Shown: piece by piece, positions 62,101 to 64,000 of the stretch
Layout of the letters: each line of letters starts with the position of its first letter
How positions within the stretch are numbered: position 1 is the stretch's first letter
Origin: Phallusia mammillata
Taxonomy: Eukaryota
Direction of reading: 5' to 3'
DNA: 64,000 bases
NCBI GenBank assembly: GCA_965637545.1
Contig: OZ281495.1
Location: forward strand, 28,954,001 to 29,018,000
Position numbers and translations under genes: made by a program
Notes under the pieces: generated by a model
Told to the model about the DNA's origin: nothing
Seen by the model: the letters and a program-made list of their open reading frames with translations, nothing else
The model's database searches: none

Positions 62101-64000
62101 GGTCTCTTTTCACGGCCGCTACTATTTGGACAAACTACACTTATCTGGATGTCACAACTTCAACTTTCTACCCTCAACATCTACCAAGCTATCCTCAATT
62201 TACAGACAACGGCTTTTCGGTATGGTCGTCATTTTCGGGCGAAATGGTTTAACAACGCCAAAAATGCTTCTGGGCAAGGTCAGACAGCAGGCGTTTGCCT
62301 TGTTGCTTGATAGTACTTCTTTTTCCGCTTGAGGGCAGATGTGCGTCGACATAATTTATTATCTATCCAGACAATTAATCCAAGACTCACGACCCATAAC
62401 CATACAATAAGAACAGTTTAATAAGGTCTTATTACCAGGATAGTGGTATAGGGTTTTGTGCTTTATGTGTCAGAAAATTCTGTAGAACCGTCTCACGAAG
62501 TTTTATGAGATCCGCGAACCGGTTAGCATTACTGGTTACTGTTAATGGACTTTTTGTAACAGAACCGACTGAAAAATATGACTTTTTTGATAGAACCTGC
62601 TGACAAAAAATTTGAATCCCACCAATGGTTACAATCTAAACATATCATACACTATTTTATTAGGTCTACTTCAGTGTGAACAATGAACCGTTCGTCTATA
62701 TGACCGCAGGAATATCTTATACGTAAGTGACATTACAAGAAAGGCAAATACTAAACTTTGATAGTTAAACTTTTTTCATCAATAGGGACAACCGTAATTA
62801 TCACATTCGAGCCGAGAAAACTGAACCTTTTATTGTTTTGGCAAGTCTCGCAAACCAAGGGGGATTTAGTCGTTTTAGTCTAAGGGTGAGTGTTGATAGT
62901 TGTACAAGTGTATGTTTAAACGTAAAATTAAATTATACAACTGTATGTATACATTTATATATAAATGTAAAAAAATAAAGAGCATTTTGAACCTATTAAA
63001 ACCTTTACTAGTTGAGACAAAACTACAACTGCTTTTTTTTTATCTAGGTGGAGTCGATGGTGGCAAAGACCGCTCAAGTATCATGGTCCAATGTGAATTC
63101 CTACTTGTACAAAGAATACACCATTCAAATTGACTATGCAAGCAAAACAACATATTACCCCTATTTCACTCAAGTCTTCTTCGTCATTTATAACACCGAG
63201 GTTATATTTTGTTTTTAGTCTGGTTCAACTCAGTTTTATTTTAGTTCAAAAACATAAAAAATGTTTCTTAGTTTAAAGGCTTTTAAAAATGTTTTTAGAA
63301 ATGGAATGCTGCAAGTTCAGACTTTGCAGTAATTACGAAACCACCCAATGGAAAGAAATGGAACCACTTGACAATGGAGTATCAATTTACTGGCACAACC
63401 CGCAATGTCATAACAGGCTACATGTTGCTCTACAAGTAAGTTTTGCCGAAGCATTACTTTATCTGATGTAAAGTTTGAAAGGCAAGAACATTTTCCAAAA
63501 CGGAGTTAAATTAGAGTCTACTTGCTATTAAATAATTTTGGAGGTGTGAAAATTTTGAAAGGTGTGATCAACCTACTTGCTATTAGATGATTTTTTAAAA
63601 GTGTGAATCGTTAAACTGAGCAAGGTTTAGTGGCTTCCTAATAGACAATAGGCCAACAACTGTAAAACACCATTCCAGGCATAATGACAAAAGTGACATG
63701 GTGTGATGCAAAAATAAACGGGCGATTAGATTGTGATTTGAGTTGTTTAATGCATTTTGTGGTTTTAGATCACCTAGCAAGACAATGTCTATTGATGAAA
63801 TGAAGGTGTTTGTTAACCGTATAGTGGACAACATTGGTAGGTAAATTTGCGATCTTTTGTGCAACCCTATTTAGCTTGAAAACTGTTATTCCTGTGTCCC
63901 CAGACACTTTAGATATTGTGGAATTCAATCGGCCTTTGAATTTAACCGTTCCTGTTACCTTTTTGAAAGGAGAAACTACTTATAACTCCACCAATGTTCA
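59171..64000 (+). CDS. Membrane-anchored intelectin-like protein C, 3' partial; exons 59171-59299, 59872-60000, 60376-60517, 60586-60677, 61124-61292, 62068-62219, 62664-62722, 62786-62885, 63048-63200, 63299-63435, 63769-63836, 63904-edge
   Basis: Frame-consistent splicing with exon sizes identical to gene B; TM VWFYFVSVLIFSVLSTVFLILIYS; IYCDMTSAGGGWTLVASIH; same inserted domain. Confidence 0.85.
61429..61937. mobile_element. hAT-type MITE (TAG-terminal family) in a gene C intron
   Basis: TIR TAGAGATGTACCAAAT / ATTCGGTACATCACTA; perfect 8-bp TSD CTACAAAG; repeated ATTCGG/CCGAAT subterminal words. Confidence 0.88.
62441..62627. mobile_element. Second copy of the 8648-8857 MITE family
   Basis: Shares TTTATGAGATC.GCGAACCGGTTAGCATTACTGGTTACTGT.AATGGAC and the AGAACC..CTGAAAAATAT repeats; ends GAATCCCACCAATG. 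Confidence 0.8.

Overview
AT-rich, intron-dense eukaryotic (animal) DNA. Gene content and compact introns suggest an invertebrate chordate such as an ascidian, but that is inference only. All exon structures were assembled by hand from GT(GC)-AG boundaries and frame continuity, because the ORF track misses most real exons. Left to right: (1) the 5' part of a secreted CAP/SCP-domain gene on the minus strand, running off the left edge; (2) a complete 8-exon coatomer epsilon gene (COPE, 9981-14411, +); (3) a tandem array of four 7-exon divergent class A GPCR genes on the minus strand (15271-39811). Copy 2 is frameshifted, and each repeat unit carries a decayed copy of the COPE last exon/3'UTR. 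(4) a tandem array of three intelectin-like genes on the plus strand (43347-64000, third truncated by the window edge). Unlike canonical secreted intelectins, they encode type II membrane proteins with a ~222-aa Cys-free domain inserted inside the intelectin fold. Introns and spacers hold many hAT-type MITEs with 8-bp TSDs (one nested pair), a foldback-like element with 9-bp TSD, and an internally deleted Penelope-like retroelement. Minimal hammerhead-ribozyme motifs from at least three sequence families are present, including an intact one in sense orientation in COPE intron 2. No rRNA, tRNA or CRISPR features were seen.
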